Source: Euglena gracilis
Taxonomy: Eukaryota
Reading direction: 5' to 3'
DNA: 20,000 nucleotides
Assembly (NCBI GenBank): GCA_039621445.1
Contig: CP154954.1
Location: 4,187,497-4,207,496, forward strand
The notes under the pieces are model-generated. The model saw only the letters and a program-made list of their open reading frames with translations, had not been told where the DNA came from and did no database searches. Position 1 is the stretch's first letter; each line of letters begins with the position of its first letter. Of this stretch, positions 1 through 12,120 are shown in pieces. The position numbers and the translations under genes are program-made.

Positions 1-2139
1 AAGCACTTGACAATGGCGTGCGGCAAACCCATGCAAAAAAAACGGCCGCCGAGTCTGCGTACTATTTTGCCATATATTACCAAATTGTATGCAATCCATG
101 CAACCATAAAAAGCACACCCATCCGTGGAGGTTGCTACCACCCCAACCTTTGGCTAAACACGGCAATCGCCTGCACGCCGCCCGAGCAGCTCTGGAGCCC
201 TTCCACTCAACCCGCACATCGGCACCGCAGGGCAGCGACAGAGAGGAGAGCATTTTGTTGGGAGGATGGCTTGCCTGGGAAAACGTGGGGGCGGATGGAA
301 TGTTGCAAATGCTGTTGTAAGCCAGCAACCCAAAAAGCAAAGCTAATGGCAAAGCAACTGAATCAGGGCGATGATAAATGAACCCACGGGGGGGGGGTCC
401 AGTTAAGAGGCAGGAAAATTTGGGCTGGCTGGAAAAAAGCTGCTGGCTGACGGTCCCAGGCTGGAGCTGAGCCTGGACAACTTTTTCCCGACCCATTTTC
501 GCCGACTTCCGTACATCTAAAAGCCAAAATCTGTTAACGTTTCATTGATGAGGAGAAGGGGGTCCGGGGCTGGAAAAAAGCTTCAGGGAAAAGGCTGCTG
601 GCTGGCTGGACCCTTCGGGGGGGTCAAAATTCAAGACCCTTCGGGGGGTTAAAAAAGCAACGTCCTGAACTGAATTATAATGAAAAACAACTACAAATGA
701 ATTGAAAATTGTCATATTACCAGAAACAGAATTCGAAAAATGAAAAACCAGAATACACAAATCAAAAAACTGCTTTTGAAGCAACAACAATGCTCCCCTC
801 AACTCCCCCGCGAGCAGCCCCCCCCCCCGTCCGAGCTATTTCCACAATGGGAAGGGAATAGCTCACTGTTTTAGCACTTTCATGAAGAAAATCTCAAAAC
901 AGTGTTCAAAATTGACCTTTTTTGGAAGGTTTCAAACATCACTTTTTGGCAAATGTGCTTGGTATTGACCTTTTTTTTTTTTTGCGAAAATCCAAAAAAA
1001 GTTGCCAAAAATAACCCCTTTTTGGGCTTTCCCGCATCGGGGATGGGGAACATCAACACAACAAAAACATTTCTTTTTTCAAAATTGTTTCTTCAAAAAA
1101 AAAAAAAGGAATCAATAAACACCAAAAATGCTGCAACAAAAGAACACGTGATGCAGATTTGAAAAATGATGTTGTCGGTTTGCCCAATTGCATTCTTATG
1201 CAATTACTGCTGATGGAATTGGTCTAAAAAAATGTTTTATGCAACTTCGTTTTCTCGCGTGCCCCAAAAAAAGTCGAAAATATGCATTTTTTTTAAATTA
1301 TTACGATTTTTGATTCTGCAAAAAAATGGAAAACATCGCAGTGTAAAAATTTGCACTCCCTCTTGTCAAAATTGCAGTGTTAACATAACCTCCCCCCCCC
1401 CACCCGGCGCTTTGCCTGGGCACAAATGAAGGAGGGCCAGGGTCAATCTTAAGCGGCCAAATCTGTATTGTTAAGGATTTTGTTGGGCCTTGCGCAAAAT
1501 AAGCCAGAATGTTAAAATACGGGTCCAAGGTGACAAGTTATGGCCGTGGGTCCACTTTAGGGGGAGGCATGTAAGGAGGAGGGGGACAAAAAGCCTTGGG
1601 GGGTTCTTCAGGGGAAAGACACCTCACCTGAACCAACACGAAAACACCTCCCTGTTCAAAACACAGCAAGGTTTTGGGTGTTCCTGACAGGGGCAACCAA
1701 TGACACGTTCTGTCTTAGAAAAGAATGCCTGTCCCTTGGAAAACACCTGCTGTGATTGCAAAATCTCCAAAAATATAAGCAGTTCTGTCACCTATATTTT
1801 GTTTCCGAAAAAAAGGCTTAGGGTGATTTAAATTTGGGGGTTGCCCAAGTTTAAAGAATGCTTCTTTCAGCCGTTCCAATGCAATTTTCATGAAAATGAT
1901 CTTCATAGCATCAGGCCAGGGGTTGCTTCTGTTTGGGGTTTGCTTGGATTTGGGTGTCGGGCCAAAATATAGTTCGAAATGTTGCTGAAACTTGGGGGTT
2001 ACTCACAAAATGGTTGATTACATTGGGTGGCTATTTTTTTTTCATGGGTCTTGCTGTGGTGTTTCATGTCTAATTGATCTCGTCTGGCTGGCCCTGTCCA
2101 CCTCCAGCCTCCCCCCTCCCTATTTTTAAGGCGCTTATA

Positions 2140-2445
2140 AAAACCTAAAATGCCTTAAAAAGGTGCATGAAAATATGTTGCCAAAATGCCTCTAAATCCT
2201 TGAAAATGCGCAAAAATGGCAGGAGTATCTCGGACCAAACAAATATCAAAGCGCAAAATCTCTCCAAAAACGAGCATCGCTGGAACATTGCTGTCCTAAA
2301 CATCAAAAAAAAAGTGTTTTTTTGCCGTTTTGATTTTGGGGAACATTCAAAATTCAAAACGTTGGTTCGATAACCCTTGGACCACCCTGGAAAACAACGC
2401 CTTAAAAAGTCTTTACAAAATGCCTTAAAATATCTCAAAATGTCG
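2140..2445. repeat. Degenerate short-period repeat (aaaatgcctt-like units)
   Basis: Recurrent aaaatgcctt, aaaatgcctc, aaaatgcgc, aaaatatctc and cgccttaaaa units, mainly at 2140-2270 and 2395-2445. Confidence 0.6.
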
Positions 2446-2817
2446 GGAAAAATGCACAAGAATAATAATACCTGCTCATGGCAAAGAGCAAAAGAAAGGG
2501 ATGTGTGAACGGTTGTCTTGCATGGCTTTCCACACGGGGTCAGATTAGTCCAGAGGGTGGAAATATCTCATTACCACCGAAGATTGTGCGACTCGCGGTG
2601 GCTGAGCGCGTGTGGAAGGTCCGGCGCGCTGGAGGTGCAGTCAGCGCTGGCGGTGCAGACCGAAGGGGCAGGGTACCTGCCAAGTGGCATAGGCAAAACG
2701 GCGGGAGGAAGAGACTGCCAGGGTGGTCCGGCGGCGTCGGCGGAGAATGGTACACCAAAAGAGCCGCGGCATCACCATTTTTATTGGAAAAGATCAAACA
2801 CAACAAAGTTTCGCTGG

Positions 2818-3546
2818 CTTAGGCCGCCTAACTCGCACTTGGCTTTGAAAATGACAGTAACTTTGTGCCGACACGCAAATTTACTTTGAAAAAAAGTTCT
2901 GTCTTCGAACACCGAGGCCTGAGTGTCAGGGCAGTCCGCATTAATGTCTCCCTGCACCCCCAGGGCCTGGGTAAGAAAGCAACGACTTGGAACTCTACGG
3001 TCAATGGGCACAGCACACTGGGCTCCTGTGGCTGTTGCGCCGACGTTCAAATTCAAGCTCTCAGGGATCGCAACTCTGTGACACGTCGTTTTTCTAAACT
3101 TTTCACAACGTGTGCGTGGAGTTTACCCTCTGGATGACTCAGCAGGCAAGTCTTCATACACATGTCGCAGAGCCTAAAAAAGCAACCAAAAATGTTAAAA
3201 TTCACCCAACCTGTGTAGCACCATCTGGGGAACACAGTCAAGGTTTCAAAAACGAGGGATTCACAACAGAAGTTTTGGCCCTTTTTTGGGGAAATTCATG
3301 TGTCCCAGCATGCGTTCAAACCCAGGGGGTTTGAACCTTTTGAAAAATGGTGCACAGGGTGGAAAACACCAACATGGGGCCCTGGTCACAACATCAGCTC
3401 ACGGCACCGTGGATGATCTCCGTGGGACCAAAGAGTCAAAAGGGTGGGTTTCACCACCGGGGTTCAAAAAGATTGCAACACTGCAGACATTGCTCTAAAG
3501 CGAAATGAAACAATCAAAACCTTAAATGCGAGTTAGGCCGCCTAAG
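2818..3546. mobile_element. Non-autonomous TIR element (~730 bp), superfamily unassigned
   Basis: cttaggccgcctaactcgca (2818-2837) and tgcgagttaggccgcctaag (3527-3546) are inverted repeats matching 19/20. Both ends are flanked by tgg (2815-2817, 3547-3549), a candidate 3-bp TSD. No transposase motif is recognised inside. Confidence 0.7.
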
Positions 3547-3762
3547 TGGCGCGCCGTCAGTTTTCACTCCCCGTGGCCGTGGAGGGTACTTGGAAACCCG
3601 AGGGGGAGACTGGGCGATTCAAGGGGGAATCCGACCCCACTCCCCGACTTCACATCAAAAATATTTCAGCTGAATTTGAAATGCAAAACAAGCACTTCTG
3701 TAAATTGGGGTGGAGATTTGGGGATGAGGAATTTACAAAATGATCAACAAAACATTTCGCTG

Positions 3763-3923
3763 GGAGAAAAAAAAAGCTAGAAACGAGTTGTTTCAGTCAG
3801 GAAATTATACAGAAAATTGGTTCCAGACCGAACGTTTGGGCCACGGAGAAAAAAAAAGCTAGAAACGAGTTGCTTCAGTCAGGAAATAATACAGAAAATT
3901 GGTTCCAGACCGAACGTTTGGGC
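3763..3923. repeat. Tandem duplication, 82-bp period, 2 copies
   Basis: 3763-3841 and 3845-3923 (ggagaaaaaaaaagctagaaacgagttg...gaacgtttgggc) differ at two positions. Confidence 0.97.
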
Positions 3924-4164
3924 TACCTAAAAGAAAGGTGCTGTTATCAAATCGTCAAGAAACTGAACATTTGTATTATTGGGAACATAAAGATTTGAAA
4001 TTTTCGATTTCTGGTGAAAAAGGTCTCAGCTGAAAATCGGGTCACTTCATTTCTAAGTAACTCTTAAAGTCGACACACGTACGCACAACAAAACCTTGCA
4101 AAAAATAACAACCAACACAAAAAACGAATTCGAAGAACAGCGTCTTATAACCGCAAATGATATA

Positions 4165-4343
4165 CCTCCCCCCCCCAAGCCCAATGAACACTAAGGTGAC
4201 AATCTAGCCGGTCCGAACGGGGGGTGTTCATTGGGCTTTGGGTATGGTTTCTGTGTAGATAAGGTATATGGTGACAATCTAGACGGCCCGGACACCCCCT
4301 GTTCATTGGGCAAGGGTGTTCATTAGGCATGGGGGGGGAGAGG
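4165..4343. mobile_element. TA-flanked MITE (~180 bp), Tc1/mariner-like by TSD
   Basis: Imperfect ~27-bp TIRs: cct(c)9aagcccaatgaacac (4165-4191) vs gtgttcattaggcat(g)8agagg (4316-4343). TA lies on both sides. There are internal extra copies of tgttcattgggc and a duplicated ggtgacaatctag. Confidence 0.7.
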
Positions 4344-5183
4344 TACCACAATAAACTGCCAACCATAAGCCTGGTGGGGAGGGGCGGTTCTGTGGTCCAA
4401 TGGGGGAAAAAGGACAATGTGCACCTTCATTACCAAAGAACCGACTGAATCTTTCTGTTGATTGTCAAAAAGAAAGTGCGAGGTGAAAACCCGGGGTTGA
4501 GAAGGGGAGATGAAATCCACGAGACTTACTGACGCTGGTCCTCAGCTTCCATGGTCCCTTTCTGGAAAATGGCGTCATCATGCCTGGGCAGCCAGTGGCA
4601 CGTCCCACCCTGGGGATGGAGGTGAATGAGGTGGAATGCACCACGCGTGTGGGGGCGAGTGATGGGACACTGGGGCACGCTGGGGCACGCACCAGACTGG
4701 CGCCAGGGGGCGTGCCACGGCGGCGATTTTGCGGAGGAGGAGGGGAGACACGCAGACAACCCCAACCAAACAAATTAAAACAAAATAGCACTAACTAAGC
4801 AAAACGGGCAGTACCTGGGAGCATGATCTACAACTTGGAGTTCTGGGCATACCCCCCCCCTCGCTTTCAGGAATTGTCCAGCACACTTGAAAAAGAAATG
4901 TGTGTGAAATGTGTCTGAGTTTTCTTGACCCCAAAGGGACAGCTGGACCCCAAAGGGGAGTCCATCGGTCCGGCTGCAGAGGTGCTGGCTGGACCCCCCG
5001 CCCTTTTTCAGTGGAAAAGTTCACGGAAAAAGAATTGTAATAAAAAACCAAACACCCACCCTCCAAACAACCCACTTTTGACCATATTTGGACCAAATTT
5101 CACCGATTTGCATCCGAAGAAGAAATCCCGCATCCCAACCCGGCCACGAAAACTCCCCCACCGTAACCCTCACTCTTGAGGGC

Positions 5184-5226
5184 ATTTTATTTTTATTTAT
5201 TTATTTTATTTATTTACTTATTTATT
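5184..5226. repeat. Imperfect (TTTA)n/(TTTTA)n simple repeat
   Basis: Directly visible. Confidence 0.9.
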
Positions 5227-7930
5227 CAAAAAAAATTTGATTTTTTTTTGATATTTCCCCCCTAAATTGGTCAGAAATGCCCCAAAGGTGTGGTATTTCG
5301 ATTTATGTCATGTTTTTATGGTTACTATGATGCCTTCCTTATTCTTATGTTTGCATATGTCTGTCATTTATTTAAGTCGTTTTCTTTAATTATTTGTTGT
5401 TATTCTTATTTTTTGTTCACTCTTTTTTGTCGTATTCCAGTTATTTTACTTCTTTTTTCATTGGCAATATATTGCACCAGCTACTCTGGAGCTCTTTTAC
5501 TTTGCACGAGCATGAAAGAGCATAAAAAAAAAACAATGTTACAAAAACAGCAAATATTCGAAAGTTAAAACCAGGTCACCCCACCCGAGCACTGCCCCTT
5601 AGACGGGGGCGGGTATGATACAGGGGTAAAGGTCGCACACCCCACACGAATAGTGCCAGGGGGGACAAAATGCCATCTCTGTGGGAACTCCTTTGTGCTT
5701 CTGCTATGGCAAGCACCATGGTCGAAGGCACGTTTCTATGTTGTGGGGAGGTACACGACCACGTGGGTTTGAAAAGCTTCCATGACGGCTCTGTTTGAAC
5801 TTCCGAGACTTTCTCAACATCGCTCTTTAGCTTGCAATTTTTTTCCATGCAGGGGGAAATGCCCGGTTCATACAGCACTAGCACTGACCACTTCCCGATT
5901 ATTGGAACCGGAACAGAACAATCGTTGTCATTCTGCCAAACAAACTAACTGGAATCGCGTAAATTTGCTGGCGAAACGTCCCATGGGCGGCTCCCTCCAG
6001 CACAGTGGTTCAGGAAGGTCAAGCCAGCACACCGCTGCCCGCAAAGCGGTCAGGGTTGGGGGGGAAGGAGGTCCGACATAGCCCGGAGGCAACCCCGTGG
6101 CAGGCTGGGAGGGAGAGTCATTCCACCAGTGGCACACTAATGATTGCAAGAGGTGTGCCCCCCAAGCACACAACAATGGTATCGGTGCCCCTGGCATTTC
6201 AAGGCTGAAATGCTGAGAGGTATGGTTGGAAATTGCGTAGATTGGTGGAATTGCATCCCTGGGGTCTGTGCATCACCAAACGGCTTCTTGAGCCCGAGGG
6301 GACCTTGTCCCCTGGTCGAGCTACAAGCACCTGCGGACGCCTCTTTGTGGGGCTGCGAGAAGAAGCTGTGGTGGACCGAAAAAAATATTTAGGCTCCACC
6401 GAAAATCTTTTTTAAAAAAGGCAAAAAAAGACCAAAAACAACAACATTTTTAAATGCATTTATACATATCACCTCAAATGATTGGCTGAAAAATTCCAAC
6501 CAACCCAACTGTATTTGGACTTTGTTGGTTTTACCAGCCAGGTCCATCTTTGAGATGCAGAAATACTTAGAATATGAAAAAAAAATTACACAAGCTGCAT
6601 CTGGGAGTGGCACAGAGCAACCTCACTTATATTTTCACTTTTGAGCAGCAATATTTCATCAACTACTGACTTTTTGCAATTATTTGGCAGCCATAATATG
6701 TGCTGTGTCTTCTTCGTCTTTGTGGGCACACCCCATCTTCTGGCCTGTGGGACGGTTCCACTTTTCACTTTCAGGATTTGTACTAGTGGGGGTGGGGCAC
6801 AAGGGTGTTGGGTAATTCGCCCGTGGATGCGCCAAACAACTGCAACCACATTGCATGGCTTGCGAGTATGACGTTTTATCCTCCTCCCCTGCAGCATGTC
6901 CCAGGCAAATTTCCGACCATGATTGTACGTACCGACCGGGTGGGAGGAGGGGGGGTAGGGGTCTGGGGGGGACCCAGAAAATTTTCATTGAAGATGGACT
7001 TTTCCGGGCCCCGGTTCCTTCGGAGTCGGGGTCGCAGGGGGGTGTCTGCTATGGGACCGTTTCAGGGACGAGGACTTTTCAAATATTAGCAAATGGTTTT
7101 TGATTTTTCAAACGGGCTCAGAACAGGGATTTGCTGAAGCCGACAGGAACTCCATCCCCCAGGGTTGGGTCCAGTCAGCCAGCCACATTTTTCAAAATCT
7201 AGACCCCCCACCTATCGAAGTTGGCAAAAGGGGGCAGGAAACAGCTAGCCAGCCAAATTTTGGGGTCAAAATATTTATTATAATTGGCGATTCTCGGCCA
7301 CTTTTGTAGTTTCAATTTCTGGTACCAAATTCTGGTTCGGATCGACCTCCGCTCGGGCCTAGTTCCAGTCGGGGGCTGAAGCTTTTGAACTTTTTGTCGT
7401 GTACAACCACATTGGTCCCCCAGGAGCGCTTCACTGTAACCTGGATATGCAGTGGGCGCTCGCTGTCTATGCTCGCTGTCTATGCTGCTGTTGACATGTT
7501 GTCAGTGGCAACCCCCCACAGTGCTCCATTACAGGTCGTGGCGAAGAGTCCACCGAGGTGCGCAACAGTGCTCTGAGGCCGATGGAAGCCTCCGCCTGGG
7601 CTTTAAATGAACCGCCGGGGGGAAGTTTCAAGAGTTGGTGGGTGGGTGGGTTGGGGCCTCTGGAACCCCCTCCTCCCACGGTAACCCCCCATGGGTCAGA
7701 ATTTGGCCCAGCCAAAGGACGGGGCGGAAGATTTAATTCACCGGCTTCGGCTTATTTTGGCCGGAATCTGGGAGGGTAGTGGGTGGTTGACCACCCACTA
7801 CCCTACTGGGAGGGGTCGTGGGTGGATGGGTTTTTGAAAAAGTGTGTGGATGGGTTTGGGCCGTCCCCCACCCCCCGGGGCTACTAAGAGAATCTATGCA
7901 CAGAACCTCACTAATGAGTGTCATCAAAGC

Positions 7931-7980
7931 CAGTCACGCCCAGTCACGAACAGTCATGCACAGTTGTGCCCAGTCATTTC
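7931..7980. repeat. 10-bp tandem repeat, 5 degenerate copies
   Basis: cagtcacgcc cagtcacgaa cagtcatgca cagttgtgcc cagtcatttc. Confidence 0.9.
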
Positions 7981-8926
7981 ATAGGTAACTGTGAGAAGTG
8001 TGCCACTGGGGAAAAAACACAGACGCCGCAAAAATAAAAATACAGCGGAGCACACGAGCCTCACAACTTCCTCTGGTTGGATGGGCCAACGTCAAAGGCG
8101 AGACCGAGAGAAAATATCATGGTGGTTCAGTGAACTCCTGTGTGTTTGATGAAAACCGTTTGAACGTTAACGAACCCTGACGTTTGAACGTAAACAAACG
8201 AACTGACAGGCATCCACAGCAAAGTAGTGGACCAACAGGCACACAGGCAAGCACCCATAGCCAAGTCCAAAAGTTTGGGTATAGAAAAGCCAGCAAGAGC
8301 CAAAAGCAAAGGTAGCTATGGTCAACAGTCCATGGAGGCAACTACTGAGCAGGATACCCTGCATTGCGCCACTTCCACACCTCAATGGTAGGAAGCTTGC
8401 CGCACGGCTTCCGGACAGCGACTCCCAAAGGAATGGGGAGAGACTTCTTCGGAATCAGAGTTTGCGGGGCTTCTGGTGAACTCTTTCTACTCCGAAGCAT
8501 ACCAAGCTTCGACTGTGATTCCACTTACCAAGTTCAAAAACTACGACAAGTGCCAAAAATCCGCACCCTCGTGACCCAGAAGGTTAGACTTCAGGATTAA
8601 CTCACCAATTCAGCATTTCCAAACACTGAAGAAGCCTGGGCCCGAAGCAGGGGAAAGCGTGGGAAGCTGTACAAATAGGTGTCGGCAGGCGCGATTGCTT
8701 TATTGAAGAAGGCTGGATCAGTCCAACTTCCAACTTTCAACTTCTAAAAGCCAACCCCCTCCTTGTCCAGATATTGAGGAAATTGAACACAAAAATGTTG
8801 CACCCCACCAAATATAACCCCCCCAATGTGCCATTCAGGAGAAAACAGAAAACTTTTGGGTGGATATATGCATTTTGGAAATTATTGGGAAGAATAGAGA
8901 TACACAACAAAATTTGTATACGTCAC

Positions 8927-9280
8927 CCAGTCAGTTTGGCACCCACCCACCCACTGTCGGAAAGGGCTGTTGTGGCCAGTATGGCTTTGGGCTTTATATT
9001 CCAGTGGTTGGCCATTCCCATGTTTTCCCTCCAACGCATATAGCCAACGTGCGGGCCATGTTTGCTACACTCTTTTCAAGTCACCCCTCCTGCTACAAGT
9101 TCACATTTGCTGCTTCTCTTTTCAAATCACTCGCGTAGTTCTTCACCATTTCTTATATCCTCCCATTCTCTTTCTGGTTTCTGTTTCTGATTCTTTCTTT
9201 TTATATTGTATTTTTTTTGCATTTGAATTATTTTAATGGCAGAAAAAAGAACAACCTCAGTGGGATGTGGGAAAAACTGC
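8927..9280 (+). repeat. Dispersed repeat family R1, copy 1
   Basis: Aligns to the reverse complement of 13812-14179 (ccagtcagtttggca.ccacccaccca.tgt.ggaaagggctg.tgtggcca...catatagccaacgtgcgggccatgtttgc...caacctcagt..gatgtggg.aaaac.gc). Confidence 0.93.
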
Positions 9281-9294
9281 GACATTTTTTAAAA

Positions 9295-9712
9295 AAGAGC
9301 ATTTGGAAGGTCCCTTACACATACTTCCATCAAAAATGATTGCAGATGATTCTGGGCCTGTTCCATTGGAACTTGCTGTTCCAGATTAGTGGATGGTTGC
9401 AAACGTGTTATTTGGACAGACAGTCAGGCAGGCAGACAAATAATGCGAGACAGAAAGAGTGAGAGGGAGGGGTGGGATAGGTGGGTCTGCCAGGGCTTTC
9501 GGGAATCCCCAAAACCCAATGGGGAATGGGCGGTGGGTGGGGTGGTCGATCCCCAGGGGGGGCTGCATGGGCAGGTGGGATGGTCGACCAGATGGGTGGT
9601 CGACACCCCACCCATCCAAGGCCACAGAGAAAATTCTGACCTTAAAACCAGTATTATGGGAAGGCCTTGCAGGTATGTGGGGGGGCACAAGGCTCTTGGG
9701 GTCCCCTGCTGG
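9295..9712 (+). repeat. Composite dispersed repeat R2, copy 1 (modules A-B-C)
   Basis: A 9295-9402 matches 15021-15135 (direct). B 9448-9615 matches 15139-15267 (inverted). C 9678-9712 matches 15291-15327 (direct). Confidence 0.85.
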
Positions 9713-10799
9713 AATGCGGGGTTTCGGCTGTTTTTGGCACGAAACACCGACTTTTTTTTTAAACGTTGGGAGGCTGGTTAGCTGCAGGTAAGATTCTCAT
9801 TCAGATGGAACATCGCCATGCCCAATCACACTCAAGCAAAATAGACTGCAAACAGTGGCCAACAAATGATGCAGCCGGTGGGGAACGCTTCAGGAGGTTG
9901 CCATGGTTCCAAACTGGGTTGGAAGGGAGCCATGCTGCGAAAGCTGCATCGTGCCAAATCTTCCGATATCTTGTCCCATCAAGCAGTGACAGTTCACACT
10001 TGACCCACCATTTTCCAAAGGGGAATGAAATTTTCTGGAATCCGTAAAACACAGGCTGATTATCATTGTGCAAAAATATTACATGGACCTCTCCCAACAA
10101 GCCGAATGGTCACCAAATGAAAGGTAGAGATTCCGAATTGGGCAAATTCTTTGAGCGTGAGTGTATGGGTATTCACATGTTAACAAAGGCAAAATCGCAG
10201 TGCAACGAATGAGGTGGGAAAGAAATAAGCGTTCTCTGACTATACTCCAATAAGCAGGGTGGAACAAAAATGAATTTTTAAAGCCTTGGTCAGACTGCAG
10301 GTGTACAGGTTCAGGACAAGTGCAGCCGAATCGAGTGCCAATGGGAAAAACCAGCACAATGTGACAATTTGCAATGAAAAATCAAAACCTGTAATCAAAA
10401 ACCAAACACACAGGCACGCACACAAACTTAAAAACACGCACGCACACACGCATACACACACCTATTGCATTATCAGATCCGGTCTTCGCCTTGATCCCGG
10501 GGGGTTCCGAAAATCAGCCACTGGAAAAGCCACTAGCTGGACCCCTCTCTCCTGGGAGGTCCGGGGTCCGGGTCCCTCAGGTCCTCCCAATTGGGAAACT
10601 CACCCCAACTGGCGGTTCGCCACGGTGGAAATGGGTTTTTTTCGGCTGGTTTTGTTCCAAAAAAATCCAAAATTGCAAAACACGCATTTTTTGGCAGGCT
10701 TTGGGGGTGAAATAAAAAAATTACGTTGATTCGCGCCGGTCACCAAGCTTTAGGGGGGCCAGGTTTGCATGGAAGGAGGGGGGTGCGGGGATTTCTTGT

Positions 10800-10920
10800 A
10801 CATTTTTGACTACTTTCATCACTTTGGCCGTTTTTGATTGTTTGAGGTTTTTTTTTTGACCAGTTTGCAATTTCTGGCCACTGTTGGCAACTGTTGGCCA
10901 ATTTACTGCAAGCTTGCACA
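10800..10920 (-). repeat. Short degenerate 10-bp-period repeat, similar to 12690-13110 but on the opposite strand
   Basis: tttctggcca ctgttggcaa ctgttggcca, actttggccg, catttttgac. Confidence 0.6.
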
Positions 10921-12120
10921 ATGCCAAGGTGCTTTGGAAATTTCATGTCAAGTTTACAGTAAAATGTTACCTTTTCACAATTTTCATATTACATCATATT
11001 GAATTTTGAGGATTTTATTCTGATGTTTTCCATTTTTGGTTCGCAAAACAGCAAAAAAAATACACATATTTAGCCAACGAATCCAGAAAGATCGCATCGG
11101 ACCAGCAGAAGGAGAGGTGGCTGCACAGAACGCTGCCCACCCTCTTGAATTTCAACAAATCTTCATTTTCAGAAGGACTTCAACTAACATGATTTGTGAA
11201 TTGACAAATCGATCACAGAAACACACATATCACCGAAGCAACATTACGTCAAGCAGGAAAAGCTAGTTTTTTTTCGGGAAGTGTGTTTGTGCAGAGAGTG
11301 GTCCAGTGCTCCACTGGTGCGACTCTGACGATGGGGGGCTTGGGTAGGAATGCAGAGAACGGTCAGCAGCACAACAGGGACTAACGTGTTGTTCACACAA
11401 GACACCCGCCTGCGCTGGGACGGCAGCGGCGAGTGCATTTGACTGCCTGACGGGGCTTCCAAGGCAGGACACAGGTTTAAGCAGCCTGGGAGGCCCCCCC
11501 GCACGAGACGGTATATCGGTGCGGCACAAAAGAATGGGGATAATAAAAGCTAACCCTATGGGGATATGGGGATAATAAAAGCTAGCAAAATAGCATGTGG
11601 CTAACACAAATCAGAGGAATAAAAAATAAACGAGGTGTTCCTTCAATTATTCTGCCCCAGTTAAGTTATCAGAAATTTATTCTGACATGAATTGCTAACG
11701 TATAATAATTTTGTTGTGTTCATTTGGGGGTATCCCGGATGTGTGTGTATTTTGCTGCTGAGAAATACAACAAGATATACAGTATATGATATACTGCCCT
11801 GATGGTGGAAAGATTTAAACACGTCCCCAGAGAACTCTGACAACAAACCAGCCAATCACCAGACAATCCCCCCAGTACCTGGGCAGAGAGGGAAGAAATG
11901 GCGCAAGGATTTCTTGATCATCACAGAAAGGCTTGAAAATGCCAAAAGAAGAAAGAAAGAGGTTAAAAATGTCCAGAAATGATCCGATCAAAAAATAAAT
12001 CTTATCAGAAATTGAGCATTGACTGAGGGTATTCTACAATTTCACAAATATGACACATATTCAACATGGAATGAGGTATGCGTTCCGGTGGTCCCCCCCC
12101 CCCCGCCTGGGAGTTGGACA

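Noticed and set aside
2575-2780. GC-rich, codon-like patch that might be an exon (similar patches near 6000-6380, 8400-8570 and 14900-15010)
   Set aside because: No recognisable protein similarity or defensible splice boundaries; cannot be supported without transcripts.
3763-3923. Possible CRISPR-like array
   Set aside because: Two adjacent 79-bp copies with no unique spacers; a simple tandem duplication.
11090-11145. Peptide IASDQQKERWL reminiscent of acyl-CoA dehydrogenase
   Set aside because: Too short, no flanking similarity and no supporting exons.
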